Notes: a model not told the origin generated them from the letters alone. Positions 30,083 through 40,634 are shown, numbered from the stretch's first letter. The stretch: 64,000 nucleotides of DNA from Nitrospiraceae bacterium (GCA_050246315.1 JBFWWG010000009.1:64001-128000); one strand, 5' to 3'. Numbers and translations: made by a program.

Positions 30083-30724
30083 GTGTTGCCGAGTGACGGC
30101 CAGATGCAGGAGCCGCTCGGTTTCGAGCCGGCTGAAATCAGATTGCTGGCCGATCGCGCATTTTTCACGACCAAAGCCAGGATCAGCCGGAGGATCCGCT
30201 CGACGTTGGAACGCCTGCGCGCGCTCCTGCAGGATGAGGTATCACAGACCACATTGCTCGCCCCGCCGGGGTTCGAGCCGACCAAGTCTCAGTTTGTGAA
30301 GGGTGAGCATCTGGAAGCCTGCCCGTATCAGTACCTCGACTATCCCAAGCACTTTGCCGGAGATGAGACGTTCACCTTTCGGACGCTCGTGTGGTGGGGA
30401 CACCATGTCGCCTGTGCCTGGCTTCTCGGGGGCCGGCTGGTGCCAATGTACAAACAGCGCCTCATCGACCGGTATCAGGACTTGGCGGGGCAGAATCTTG
30501 AACTGTCGCTGGCGCCCACCTTATGGGAGTGGAAGCGAGGCGAGGGCTATACCCTGCCGCTCCTGCCCTCCAGCCGGGCTCAGGCCGCGGCGGTGCTGGA
30601 GCGGCGGACTTCGATCAAGATCGCCAAATTCGTACCGCTGGACGATGCGTCGTTGCAGGACGGCCGCCTGGCGGAAGCGGGCTGCGAGGCGTTCCGGCGC
30701 CTCCTGCCGCTCGTCCTGGAATGA
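30083..30724 (+). CDS. hypothetical protein
   Basis: 213-aa ORF with globular composition (KGEHL..CPYQYLDYPK, FRTLVWWG). Confidence 0.7.
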   Translation: MLPSDGQMQEPLGFEPAEIRLLADRAFFTTKARISRRIRSTLERLRALLQDEVSQTTLLAPPGFEPTKSQFVKGEHLEACPYQYLDYPKHFAGDETFTFRTLVWWGHHVACAWLLGGRLVPMYKQRLIDRYQDLAGQNLELSLAPTLWEWKRGEGYTLPLLPSSRAQAAAVLERRTSIKIAKFVPLDDASLQDGRLAEAGCEAFRRLLPLVLE

Positions 30725-30848
30725 GCCGAGAGTCCGGACGCTGCGGCTCCGGATTTGTCTCGCTCCGCGAACTCCGCTAGACTACGCACCACTTTCTGCG
30801 CCGATCGTGCAAATTCATTCACGGCAATCAGGACGATCAACAGGTGGA

Positions 30849-31156
30849 CGGTTCAACCGAGGTTGCTATGGCGAAGAAAGAGAAGAATCACTGGCGGGGT
30901 TCTCCGGCGGAGTATCAAACACTGAAGAAGGGATGCGCCCGTAGGGTGCTTCTCCGTCGGCCCAGTTACGAAAATACGATGAATAGCCGACGGTTCAAGC
31001 GAAGCTTGGTTTCAAAAAACGAAGAGAAGCGAATCACTGGAGGAATTTCTCCGCGGGCGTCGATGAAGAAGGCTGCGCCTGAGGAGCCCGCGGTTCAAGC
31101 GAAGCTTGGTATAGAAGGGCTTCGCCCGATGAGCCGCCGGTTCAACCGAAGGTTGG
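30849..31156 (+). repeat. hairpin-module repeat homologous to the core of the ~370-bp MITE, no TIRs, with a 100-bp internal expansion
   Basis: 30900-31010 and 31111-31156 align with MITE copies; CGGTTCAAGCGAAGCTTGGT repeated at 30991 and 31091. Confidence 0.85.
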
Positions 31157-31169
31157 GATGGAGGGTGGT

Positions 31170-31811
31170 ATGACTGGAGGAGTGGGGCACCGTGTGGGGC
31201 TGTGGGTGTTGACCGTGAGCATCGTTTGTCTTGGGGGATGCGCGGGCAAGGGTGAAGTGGTCAATCTGGACTTGACCATCAAGCCGATGGCGCAGGAAGT
31301 CGCGTCGGATGAGACGGTCAAGATCGTCGTGGAACCATTGCAGGACCAGCGTCCGGATCAGACTCGGTTGGGCATTCGCACGCACCTGACGGGAGGCGCC
31401 ACCTATTTCAGCGTGCCGGGAAACAAGACCGGCGAGGCGGTAGCGCGGACCTTGGCGGACTATTTGCGACATAAGGGGTGGCAGGTCGGGTTTCAGACCG
31501 CCGGGCTGGCCCCGACGGAGGGGAAGACCGACATTCTGATGAGCGGGACCATCCGGAATTTGTGGGCGACGGCCAAGAGCCGTTTCTTCTCGACCAAGAT
31601 GGAAGTGAAGAGCAGCATCGTCGTGCGAGCCCAGAACAACGTGGACGGGAGCGTGGAGAGCATCACACTCGATGGCGCCGCATCCGATACCGTGTGGTTC
31701 TTTACCCAAGCCAAACTGCAAGACCTGGTGAATGCCGTCCTCAAAGATAGCTATCACAAATTAATCATGGATACGCGCATCGAAAATCGCGCATGGCGAC
31801 CCCGGGAATAG
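31170..31811 (+). CDS. YajG-like lipoprotein
   Basis: lipobox LGGC; DQRP motif. Confidence 0.75.
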   Translation: MTGGVGHRVGLWVLTVSIVCLGGCAGKGEVVNLDLTIKPMAQEVASDETVKIVVEPLQDQRPDQTRLGIRTHLTGGATYFSVPGNKTGEAVARTLADYLRHKGWQVGFQTAGLAPTEGKTDILMSGTIRNLWATAKSRFFSTKMEVKSSIVVRAQNNVDGSVESITLDGAASDTVWFFTQAKLQDLVNAVLKDSYHKLIMDTRIENRAWRPRE

Positions 31812-31840
31812 ACAGGTCGCGCCGGTGGAAGGTTGGGAGC

Positions 31841-32902
31841 ATGCGTGAACGACGATGGGAGTCGGCGGCCGGCCTTGCGTTCGACGAGATCCTTGGTCTC
31901 GGCGATCGGCTGGCGAAATTGGGCTTGAAGCCGGCGGTACCCACCAAAGACATCATCGGCTACATCGAAGACTGGACCGTTGCCAAGCCCGACGACTTCG
32001 ACAAGCTCGATCCCTGGGCGACCGAGGATGTCACGCTGGTGCACGTCCGGGACGATTGGCAGGGAGATTTTTTTCTTCTGGCCGGCGGTTACCACACGGT
32101 CTATCAGCGGTACCAGGCCGTCGGGACGTACTGTTCGATCAGCCATCCCTGGCGGACGGGCGAGGTGCTGACCCGCCATGACCAACGCGGCATGCTGTGG
32201 TTGGGCTTCCGCCACGCCCACTCCTTTATCCGGGTGCGTCTGAAAACCGCCGAGGTGATCACGCCGGGTGAGAGCCGGGCCGATCAGGAGCGGGCGCTGT
32301 GGCTCGACGAACGCCGTCGCGCCTTCCAGGCGGCCATCCAGATCCTCGATCTCTCTATCGAGGCGATAGAGGACAAGGATGTGGTCGCATTGCAACCCAT
32401 CGAGGCGACCGTGCCCTTCTTCTGCTCCTGGCCGGATGCGTTCGGCCCTTGCCAATTCGAGTACAACTCTTCCGATCCGTTCGAATTCCTCGTGCCGGCC
32501 AGCAAGCTGGCCGCGACCTGCGGCAACGAACTCGTCACCGTCCGAAGCTACCTGACGGGATTTACCGAAGAGGTGCTGACGGAATTTGCGGATGCGGTGC
32601 CGGGTGCACGGGCCTGTTATCGCTGCTCCGTCCATTGTCCGTTGGACGAGGTCCCGGAGATTCTGGACGTGATCCTGCCCGACGGCCGGTTGTATGCGAC
32701 CCTGTGCGAGTTCCAGACGCAGGAGCTGCTGCCGGCCGGTGACGACGCCTCGGCGATCGTGGGCTTGGTCGGCGGCCGCGGAACCTATCAGGTCGAAGTG
32801 CGGCTGAATCGGGCTCCGCTTCCGGAATCACAGATGCCGGCCTGGATTGAGCGGTTGATCGGTCTGCCGGTGACTTACGCACCGCTCCCGCCTTTTCCGT
32901 AA
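31841..32902 (+). CDS. hypothetical protein
   Basis: long ORF after GGGAG SD, typical codon usage. Confidence 0.75.
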   Translation: MRERRWESAAGLAFDEILGLGDRLAKLGLKPAVPTKDIIGYIEDWTVAKPDDFDKLDPWATEDVTLVHVRDDWQGDFFLLAGGYHTVYQRYQAVGTYCSISHPWRTGEVLTRHDQRGMLWLGFRHAHSFIRVRLKTAEVITPGESRADQERALWLDERRRAFQAAIQILDLSIEAIEDKDVVALQPIEATVPFFCSWPDAFGPCQFEYNSSDPFEFLVPASKLAATCGNELVTVRSYLTGFTEEVLTEFADAVPGARACYRCSVHCPLDEVPEILDVILPDGRLYATLCEFQTQELLPAGDDASAIVGLVGGRGTYQVEVRLNRAPLPESQMPAWIERLIGLPVTYAPLPPFP

Positions 32903-33031
32903 CCGAATGCTTCAAAAGAGTTTTCAGCTTTGTCGGGGCACCCGTCTACCGTATTTTGGTGGGACAACAGGGTTACTCCCTGGCAACCTTCAACGCTAAA
33001 ACGGCGAAGAAAAGGGACAACGAGAAAGCAC

Positions 33032-34483
33032 ATGGGATCACGAGAGAATCAAACCGGTAGTGGAAGAAGGTCGGGAGAATGGGTCATCACGACGGGACTG
33101 TATCTCATAGAGGTGTTCGTCGTGTTGCTGGTGTTGAGTTTGTACCGTGTGGAAGGCAAGCCGAGCCTGTCCGCCTTTCTCGTGTCTCGTCCCGGCCTCG
33201 TCAGCCTGATGTTGGCGTTCGTCATCTCAGCCTTGGTGATCTTGGTGATTCGACAATGTCGGCTCACGACCCGGGAAGGATCGAGGAAATGGGTTCTCGC
33301 GATCGCGATGAATGTCGTGGTCCTCATCACGGTCTTACTCGTTATGGAGATTGGGCTTCGGGTCGTGGCTCTCCCGAATAAGCTTGGCGAGAATCTCGGC
33401 GGGAAATTGCTCTATCCGAAACAATGGGCGCGGGCCACGGAATCTTATCACGTACTGCTGCGGAAGGCCGAGACCCAACCGACTTATCTGGTGTTCGATG
33501 AGACGCTGGGCTATACCGTCGGGACCAATCGTCGCAGCGAGGAGGGCCTCTACTTTAGCGGGCCGGAAGGGATTCGGAGTGCGCGGGTCGGCGAGTCATT
33601 TGAACGGACGTCGCCCGGATGCCGCATCGCCCTGGTGGGGGACTCCTACACCTTTGGTGAAGTGGTCCGGTATGAAGACACGTGGGCCTATCGGATGCAG
33701 CAACGGTTGGGACCCCGCTGTCAGGTCTTGAATTTCGGGGTCGGTGGGTACGGTGTGGATCAGATGTATCTGAGGTATCTGAAAGACGTCCGTCCTTGGC
33801 ATCCGGATCTGGTGCTCTTCGGATTCATTGATCACGACGTGATTCGGTCGATGGCCATCTATATTTTTCTAATGTTCCCCGACGGAGGCATGCCGTTCGC
33901 GAAACCGCGGTTCATTCTAAAGGATGGGGAGCTGGAGGTGCTCAACAGGCCCTTGCCGAGCATTCCGCAGATGCTGGCCGAACCCTCGATTCGGAACCTT
34001 CCGTTCATCGAGTACGACGTGAATTACAGAGAGACGGAGTGGGATCGCCCTGCCTGGAAACATTTCAACCTTTCCTACGCGTTCAGGTTTCTCATTTCGT
34101 TATACCCGCTGCATGAACCAGAGCGACCGCAAATTGCCGACATAGAGACGGAGCGGGTCAACCGAAAGATCTTCGAGGAATTCGTGCATGCCGTGCGATC
34201 GGATGGCGCGACTCCGCTGATCGCCTACCTTCCTACTGATACGGACTTTCCCATTCCCTCGTGGGAACATATTGGGCTTAAGATTCTGAGAGAAGCCGGT
34301 CTTTCTCATCATGACCTGCGCAGATGCGTCGGGGCGACGGACGTATCGAAGCTGTTCAACCCCCGAGAAATTGGAGGGCACTATTCGCCGCTGGGGAATC
34401 AGGTGGTCAGCGACTGCCTTTTCCAACAAGTTCGGGAACTACGCGACCTGGAGGCCTTGAGGGAACGATCGGTCGGCTCATGA
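33032..34483 (+). CDS. membrane-anchored SGNH/GDSL hydrolase-like protein
   Basis: three N-terminal TM helices; GDSYTFG, NFGVGGYG, GHYS. Confidence 0.8.
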   Translation: MGSRENQTGSGRRSGEWVITTGLYLIEVFVVLLVLSLYRVEGKPSLSAFLVSRPGLVSLMLAFVISALVILVIRQCRLTTREGSRKWVLAIAMNVVVLITVLLVMEIGLRVVALPNKLGENLGGKLLYPKQWARATESYHVLLRKAETQPTYLVFDETLGYTVGTNRRSEEGLYFSGPEGIRSARVGESFERTSPGCRIALVGDSYTFGEVVRYEDTWAYRMQQRLGPRCQVLNFGVGGYGVDQMYLRYLKDVRPWHPDLVLFGFIDHDVIRSMAIYIFLMFPDGGMPFAKPRFILKDGELEVLNRPLPSIPQMLAEPSIRNLPFIEYDVNYRETEWDRPAWKHFNLSYAFRFLISLYPLHEPERPQIADIETERVNRKIFEEFVHAVRSDGATPLIAYLPTDTDFPIPSWEHIGLKILREAGLSHHDLRRCVGATDVSKLFNPREIGGHYSPLGNQVVSDCLFQQVRELRDLEALRERSVGS

Positions 34484-34589
34484 AACAGCTTCGCATAAGG
34501 AGAGAGGGCGCCACACGGAAGCGGCTCTTACAGCCTGCCCTTCGGCTGGCCACATCGGTCTTCGCACCATGCAGATCCGTAGCCGCTCG

Positions 34590-35879
34590 CTAATGCGCGG
34601 AGGCGGGCACGGAGAGCTGACTCTGATTCGCGACAATCAGGTCGTAGATGGCATCAACCACCATCCGGCTGCCCTCTGAGTTGGGGTGTGCCGAATCGAT
34701 CCAGATCGGCCGTGCAGTCTCCTGGTAGATGAGACTCAGGTCGAGCGCCAGCACACCTTTGTCCTTGAGGTGAGCCACCTCGGTTCGGAGCTTCGGATAT
34801 CCGTGAAGGACATGGAACTCGACGGGGTAGGAATGATGGATAATAAAGTCTTCCTCTGGCGTCAGGATTTTGGAATTTGGAACAAATGGGTTTGGTTGGA
34901 GCATGTGAAGCGAGAGGCTTCCTTCTCTTGATGCCACGTCATGCACCAGCCTGTGGTATAGTGTCCATTGCCGAGCCGCATGGCCCAGTATCTCCTCTTC
35001 CGGTACTTCAAAAAATAGTCTGCCCGTACGGTAGCTCTGACTTAGTGCCATACTTTCTCTCTCGATGGCGAGAAACCAATGCGTATAGAGGGTGTCCCAG
35101 AGGTAGTGTGTGACGAGGCGCCTCTTGAATGGCGGCATCAACGACCAGCGTGTGATGAACGTGGACCACTTCTTCAGAGAAATGATCTTCGCCGTTCGAT
35201 CGAATTGCTCAGGGGAGAGTTCCTGTCTGGCCATTTTGAATCGAAACACTTGCGCCTTGGCGAATTCTGGCGGAAATCCGGAAAGGTTGTTTTCGACGTA
35301 GTTCCAGACTTCATTCAGTCCGTCTATAAAGACCACGATGTCAAACAGCTCCCTGAAGTAGAGGTACGCGAAAACCGTTTGGGGGATGGCATAGCCTCCC
35401 ACTCCCATGCTCAGGATCACGGGCTCTCTCGTAGGAAAGAGCGCTTTGAGTCGGGCGCTTAGATATTTGTGCTCACGGCCCACATAATCTGCGAAGGAAC
35501 CCCCAAAGATTCCGACCACCAGTGAGTCCGGTCCCCGTCCATTGGAACCTGCTACCGAGTAGCCCGAAGGAGTCAAGAATACGTCGCGTCCGGTCAGAAA
35601 CCCGAAATTGTTTATGCCTTCGTCTTCGGGGTTGTACGTGTAGCCGAACAAGGGGTGTATCACCACTCGATTTTCAAAACGAGGCTCTTCGGCTGGATTC
35701 CTCGACCCGGTGAGATCCTTCAGTGCATCCGAGCGCTTGGAGAGGAGTGACTGGGTGTCGAAGTCTCTGTATTTCACCAGCCGGTAGCCCCAGAGGCTAA
35801 TCTCCAGGATGAAGAGGCCGGCGAGGATTCCACCTACAATCAGACTCACATTAATGAGACCTTGAACGGTCTTTCTCAC
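34590..35879 (-). CDS. membrane-anchored SGNH-like protein
   Basis: N-terminal TM; FGGSFA, GVGGY, DGLNE, DSAHPN. Confidence 0.75.
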   Translation of the reverse strand: MRKTVQGLINVSLIVGGILAGLFILEISLWGYRLVKYRDFDTQSLLSKRSDALKDLTGSRNPAEEPRFENRVVIHPLFGYTYNPEDEGINNFGFLTGRDVFLTPSGYSVAGSNGRGPDSLVVGIFGGSFADYVGREHKYLSARLKALFPTREPVILSMGVGGYAIPQTVFAYLYFRELFDIVVFIDGLNEVWNYVENNLSGFPPEFAKAQVFRFKMARQELSPEQFDRTAKIISLKKWSTFITRWSLMPPFKRRLVTHYLWDTLYTHWFLAIERESMALSQSYRTGRLFFEVPEEEILGHAARQWTLYHRLVHDVASREGSLSLHMLQPNPFVPNSKILTPEEDFIIHHSYPVEFHVLHGYPKLRTEVAHLKDKGVLALDLSLIYQETARPIWIDSAHPNSEGSRMVVDAIYDLIVANQSQLSVPASAH

Positions 35880-36105
35880 GGAGGTACCTCAACCGATGTA
35901 GTGAGCCCGCTCGCCAAGGAGATATCTCCCAACCCCCCACGGGGTATCGCGGGACGCCGTGCGGCGTGCATTATACTTCGCCACCATGTCCTCTACACGC
36001 GGCAGACGAAGAGACAGGCACTTTCTTTAGGGGGGGATTGAAAATACACGTATTTTGTCGCCAGCAACACATCATTCCGGATATCCATCGTTGTCCACGC
36101 GACTC

Positions 36106-37203
36106 ATGGCCCAGATTTGGTCCCTCCTCAACAACCCCTTTCTGCCGCCGGTGTTCTTCTTCGCCGGGGTGGGCTATGACACGCTCACCCTGACCCGCAT
36201 CGATCGCCTCCAGGACAATCTCATCCTGCTCCTCTATCTGGTGGTCCTCGGCGTCCTGATTATCCTGACGGGACGAGAGGAGTTCCGGAGCGGGGAACCG
36301 GAGTTCTGGGAATCGCAGCCGGGGATGCTTCGCTGGCTCGGCCGCGCGCAGCCCTATTATCCGATGGCCATGCAGTTTCTCCTGGGCGGCCTCTTCAGTG
36401 CCTATGCCATTTTCTATTTCCGGAGCGCCTCGCTGACCTCGAGCGCCATCTTTCTCTTGCTTCTGGTTGGGGTGCTCGTCGCTAACGAATTCCTGAAAGA
36501 CCGGCTGACCAACCTGAGCCTGCTCATCACGCTCTATGCGCTGGTCTGCCTCAGCTTTTTCACGTTCTTTCTTCCCGTTGTGACGGGCTGGATGAACCGG
36601 GCGGTCTTTCTCGCCGGGGTCGGCCTGAGCGCCGCCACCGTCTATCGTGTGGTTCAATTGATCGCCAAGGACAATTCCGCCTGGACGAGGCGGCACAGCA
36701 TCAAGACGCTGACTCCTGCGGCCGCTGTGATCGGCCTGCTCGTCGGATTCTATTTTTTCAACTGGATCCCACCGGTTCCGCTGGCGATGAAGTTCGGAGG
36801 GATCTATCATGAAGTGCGGAGGGCCGGCGATCGGTTCGAATTGACATTCGAAAAGCGGTGGTTTGAGTTCCTCAAGCGGTCCGACTCCGATTTCCCCGCC
36901 GGGGAACCGGTGTATTGTTTCACCGCCGTCTTCGCCCCGGTGAATCTGGACACAACGGTCTATCACCACTGGTACTATCGAGCCGACCGCGGCAAGCCCT
37001 ATACCCATGCCGATCGGATTCCGATCAAGATTTCCGGAGGACGGGAGGACGGGTACCGCGCCTACAGTTTCAAACAGCGGCTGGACCAAGGAGACTGGCG
37101 CGTGGACGTAGAAACGGAGGACGGGCGGGTGTTGGGACGGGTCGCCGTGCAGGTGAAGACACGACCGACGGAACTCTCCAGGTTGGCGACGATCGCCTAT
37201 TGA
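36106..37203 (+). CDS. DUF2914 domain membrane protein
   Basis: multiple TMs; WIPPVPL, FTAVFAP, GGREDGYR, GDWRVDVET. Confidence 0.8.
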   Translation: MAQIWSLLNNPFLPPVFFFAGVGYDTLTLTRIDRLQDNLILLLYLVVLGVLIILTGREEFRSGEPEFWESQPGMLRWLGRAQPYYPMAMQFLLGGLFSAYAIFYFRSASLTSSAIFLLLLVGVLVANEFLKDRLTNLSLLITLYALVCLSFFTFFLPVVTGWMNRAVFLAGVGLSAATVYRVVQLIAKDNSAWTRRHSIKTLTPAAAVIGLLVGFYFFNWIPPVPLAMKFGGIYHEVRRAGDRFELTFEKRWFEFLKRSDSDFPAGEPVYCFTAVFAPVNLDTTVYHHWYYRADRGKPYTHADRIPIKISGGREDGYRAYSFKQRLDQGDWRVDVETEDGRVLGRVAVQVKTRPTELSRLATIAY

Positions 37204-37314
37204 AGGTCAAGAGCGGCTCTGCTCGTGCCGCATTCTTGACGAAGACCTCACCGCTCTGTCACAAGAGGTGGCGTATCTTCTGTCCCGCCAGGCTCATAGG
37301 AATAGGATTCTCCG

Positions 37315-39444
37315 ATGCCCGAGGACGCCTCTCCCGCTCCTTCCGTGACCGGTGAGCCGACCATCGATCTCAGCGCCCCGGCTTTCTTTCTCAATCGGGA
37401 GTTGAGTTGGCTCGAATTCAACAGCCGCGTGCTGGAAGAGGCGGAACGGACCGAGTATCCCCTGCTTGAGCGCGCGAAGTTTCTTGCCATCTATTTCAAT
37501 AACCTCGACGAATTTTTCATGATCCGGGTCTCGGGCCTCCGGGAGCAACTCTCTGGAGGCGTACTCGACACCCCTCCCGACGGGATGACTCCGGCCCATC
37601 AATTGGCGGCGATCGGGCGGGTGTTACAGGACCAATTCGCCCGTGTGGCTCAGATCTGGGATCACGATCTCCGGGCGACACTCCGCCAGACCGGCATCCA
37701 TCTGCTTGAGTTCGGCGATCTCATGCAGGACCAGCGATTGGCCCTGCGCGACTACTTCGCGAAGGAAATTTTCCCAGCCCTCACCCCACTGGCCTTCGAT
37801 CCGACCCATCCGTTCCCCCACATCTCGAACCTCAGCCTCAATTTGGCCGTGGTCGCGCGCGATCCCGAAAAGGGCACCTGCTTCGCCAGAATCAAGGTGC
37901 CGGATCCGTTCCCCCGGTTGGTCCCCGTTCCTGCCTCGGTGGAGGAAACACTTGATCAGGAGGCGCATTTCGTGTGGCTGGAGGATCTGATCGCGGCCAA
38001 CCTGGACCTGCTCTTTCCCGGACTTTCGATTCAGGCCTGGTATCCCTTTCGAGTTACCAGGGACGCAGATCTGGATCTGGAAGAAGACGAGGCGGCGGAC
38101 CTGCTGGAGGCGATCGAGGAACAGGTGGATCTGCGGCATTTTGGCTCGGTCGTCAGGTTGGAGATTGCCGGGCAGATTCCGGATTCGATTCGCGACCTGT
38201 TAGTCCGCAACCTGCAGTTGGCTCCCTATCAGGTCCAGACCTACGAGTTCCGGCTCGGCTTGGCCCAGCTCATGGAACTGACCAGGCTGGATCGCCCGGA
38301 TTTGAAGTTCCCGCCGTTTCAGCCTGCCTTGTCGGACTTCTTCGGGAAACAGAATGGTTTTCAAGTCATCCAGCGGCGCGACCTGTTGCTCTATCACCCC
38401 TATCAGAGTTTCCTACCGATCGTGGAGTTTGTACGCCAGGCGGCGGCCGATCCGCAGGTATTGGCGATCAAGCAAACCCTGTATCGAGTCGGCGCCAATT
38501 CGCCGATCGTCGAAGCCTTGGTGGAAGCCAGACAGAACGGGAAACAGGTGGCGGTGCTGCTGGAACTCAAGGCGCGTTTCGACGAAGAGAACAACATCGA
38601 ATGGGCTCGACGGCTCGAAGATGAAGGGGTGCATGTCGTGTACGGGGTGCTCGGGCTGAAAACCCACGCGAAGCTCTGCATGGTCGTCCGGAGGGATGCC
38701 GACCACATCCGGCGGTACCTGCACTTGGGAACCGGCAACTACAACCCGGTGACCAGCCGGATCTACACGGACTTCAGCTTCCTCACCTGCGATAACGAAA
38801 TGGGCGAGGATGCGACGGACCTCTTCAATTCGCTGACTGGCTACTCTCGCAAGGCTGCCTATCACAAACTACTCGTCGCGCCCCATGGCCTGAGAGAGCA
38901 ACTGCTGGCTCGCATCGATCGGGAAATTCAGCGGCATCAGCGTCATGGCGACGGGTACCTCGCCTTCAAGATGAACGCGCTGGTCGATCCACCGTGCATT
39001 CGCAAACTGTATGAGGCATCGCGCGCCGGTGTGTCGATCGACCTGCTGGTGCGCGGGATCTGCTGTCTCCGGCCCGGCCTGAGAGGGATCAGCGAAACGA
39101 TCAGGGTGCGCTCGATCGTCGGCCGGTTTCTGGAACATTCGCGGCTGTTCTATTTCCGTCATGGAGGCGAGGATGAGCTGCTCCTCGGCAGTGCGGACCT
39201 CATGCCTAGAAACCTGGATCGCCGCGTCGAGATTCTCTTTCCGATCGGCGACCGGCGGATGCGGGAGGATATTCTGCGGCAGATCTTCGACGTGAATTGG
39301 CGGGATACGGTCAATGCGCGCGAGTTGATGCCGGACGGGGCTTATGTCCGGCTCGGTCCGGCTCCGGGCGAGGTCCCGTTCAATTCGCAGGAATCGTTGC
39401 TTCAAGCGGCGAAGGACGGGCTGTTGCTGGCCGCGTGCCGGTGA
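37315..39444 (+). CDS. ppk1: polyphosphate kinase 1
   Basis: NRELSWLEFN.RVL, NLDEFFMIRV, ELKARFDEENNI, KTHAK, GTGNYN, GRFLEHSR, GSADLM.RNLDRRVE. Confidence 0.97.
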   Translation: MPEDASPAPSVTGEPTIDLSAPAFFLNRELSWLEFNSRVLEEAERTEYPLLERAKFLAIYFNNLDEFFMIRVSGLREQLSGGVLDTPPDGMTPAHQLAAIGRVLQDQFARVAQIWDHDLRATLRQTGIHLLEFGDLMQDQRLALRDYFAKEIFPALTPLAFDPTHPFPHISNLSLNLAVVARDPEKGTCFARIKVPDPFPRLVPVPASVEETLDQEAHFVWLEDLIAANLDLLFPGLSIQAWYPFRVTRDADLDLEEDEAADLLEAIEEQVDLRHFGSVVRLEIAGQIPDSIRDLLVRNLQLAPYQVQTYEFRLGLAQLMELTRLDRPDLKFPPFQPALSDFFGKQNGFQVIQRRDLLLYHPYQSFLPIVEFVRQAAADPQVLAIKQTLYRVGANSPIVEALVEARQNGKQVAVLLELKARFDEENNIEWARRLEDEGVHVVYGVLGLKTHAKLCMVVRRDADHIRRYLHLGTGNYNPVTSRIYTDFSFLTCDNEMGEDATDLFNSLTGYSRKAAYHKLLVAPHGLREQLLARIDREIQRHQRHGDGYLAFKMNALVDPPCIRKLYEASRAGVSIDLLVRGICCLRPGLRGISETIRVRSIVGRFLEHSRLFYFRHGGEDELLLGSADLMPRNLDRRVEILFPIGDRRMREDILRQIFDVNWRDTVNARELMPDGAYVRLGPAPGEVPFNSQESLLQAAKDGLLLAACR

Positions 39445-39515
39445 GGCGGCCGTGCGGACGTGGCTCCGACGCGCAACCGACCACAAACGCCTCGTCAGTC
39501 TGAAGGTGTAAGCCG

Positions 39516-39911
39516 TCAGATCGACGATTCCGGCCAGGCGCGCCGAATCATGGCCAGGATCTGCGCCGCGTCGTCGTGCCGCAGGTATTCCTTCCTGGCG
39601 GCCCGTTCAATCAACGCGACTGCCTGCTGGGCATGCCGGCCCGCCGCTTTATGGTTCGCTTGGCGCGCGGCTTTCCAGGCAAGATCCAACAAGTGATTGA
39701 TATCGTGGACATGGGCTTGAACAACCCGGCGGTTGCTGTGCCATTTTGGACTGTTCGTCGCGGCTTTGTGGATGGAAACCTGCACGTCATAGAGCCAATC
39801 GCGGCCTGCTTGAAGGTGGGGAGCCTCGGCCGATGAAAAGGTCGCGTCGACGGTCCAGGTGGCACTGATGCCGATCAGTGCCACCATACCGATGATCTGT
39901 CTGTACATCAT
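39516..39911 (-). CDS. exported hypothetical protein
   Basis: GGAG SD, signal peptide, helical His-rich body. Confidence 0.55.
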   Translation of the reverse strand: MMYRQIIGMVALIGISATWTVDATFSSAEAPHLQAGRDWLYDVQVSIHKAATNSPKWHSNRRVVQAHVHDINHLLDLAWKAARQANHKAAGRHAQQAVALIERAARKEYLRHDDAAQILAMIRRAWPESSI

Positions 39912-40247
39912 AATGCGATCTCCAGGTGTCGATATCTGTCTTGCCAGGCTGCGGACTTCAAGAGTGCAAAATGTAAATGTAGCAGGTCGAACGAGGGTGT
40001 CTACGTGCTTGCACTGAAGGCTGAGAAATATACTCACCTGTCTGGTCGGGTGTTTCGTCCGCCTGCCGGGTCCATTCGATTCCGACCGATTGTCGCCATC
40101 GTTCGTTGAGATCTGGTCCGTGAGGCAGTTTCTGCCTCCGGAATGGGCTTGCAAGTCGGCAGTGAATGACGGGAAACTAAGTGCGGCCCTTACGCAACAT
40201 ACAGGGAAGCCGCAAGTTACGTTTGCCGTCAAACAGAGGCTGGAACC

Positions 40248-40634
40248 ATGTCCGGAGCTGACAAACCCCGCACCACTCTCCAACGGTTGGCGCCCTGTCC
40301 GAGCAGCCCCAACTGCGTCAGCACGCTCAGTACGTCCGATCAACACCAAATCGCACCCTATCGCTATCGCGGTACGCTCGCTGAGGCCAAACGCCGACTC
40401 AGAGAAGTCGTTGCCGCTCAACGAGGCGCGAAGATTGTCGAGGAAGACCAGACCTATCTGCATGCGGAATTCACGAGTCGGATCTTTCGATTCGTGGACG
40501 ACGTAGAGTTCATGTTCGAGGACGAAACCAGAACGATCCAATTCCGTTCGGCCTCCAGGACCGGCTACAGCGATTTCGGCGTGAACCGGAACCGGATGGA
40601 AGAGATCCGGCGGCTTCTCGAAGGCAAACTCTGA
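40248..40634 (+). CDS. DUF1499 family protein
   Basis: LAPCPSSPNCVS, FRFVDDVEF, RSASRTGYSDFGVNR.R. Confidence 0.9.
   Translation: MSGADKPRTTLQRLAPCPSSPNCVSTLSTSDQHQIAPYRYRGTLAEAKRRLREVVAAQRGAKIVEEDQTYLHAEFTSRIFRFVDDVEFMFEDETRTIQFRSASRTGYSDFGVNRNRMEEIRRLLEGKL

Noticed and set aside
30991..31110. Possible CRISPR array (20-bp direct repeat, 100-bp period)
   Set aside because: Only two repeats, an 80-nt structured spacer, no cas genes; explained as the hairpin module.
31125..31160. Group II intron domain V-like GAGCCG...GGTTC
   Set aside because: Lacks the domain V stem-loop length and bulge, and no intron body or reverse transcriptase is present.
39993..40050. TPP riboswitch-like segment (GAGGGTGTCT...AGGCTGAGAAATATACTCACCTGTCTGG)
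   Set aside because: The 3' pyrophosphate-binding half (TAAT...GCG.AGGG) is missing and downstream genes are not thiamine-related; only a cmscan could rescue it.
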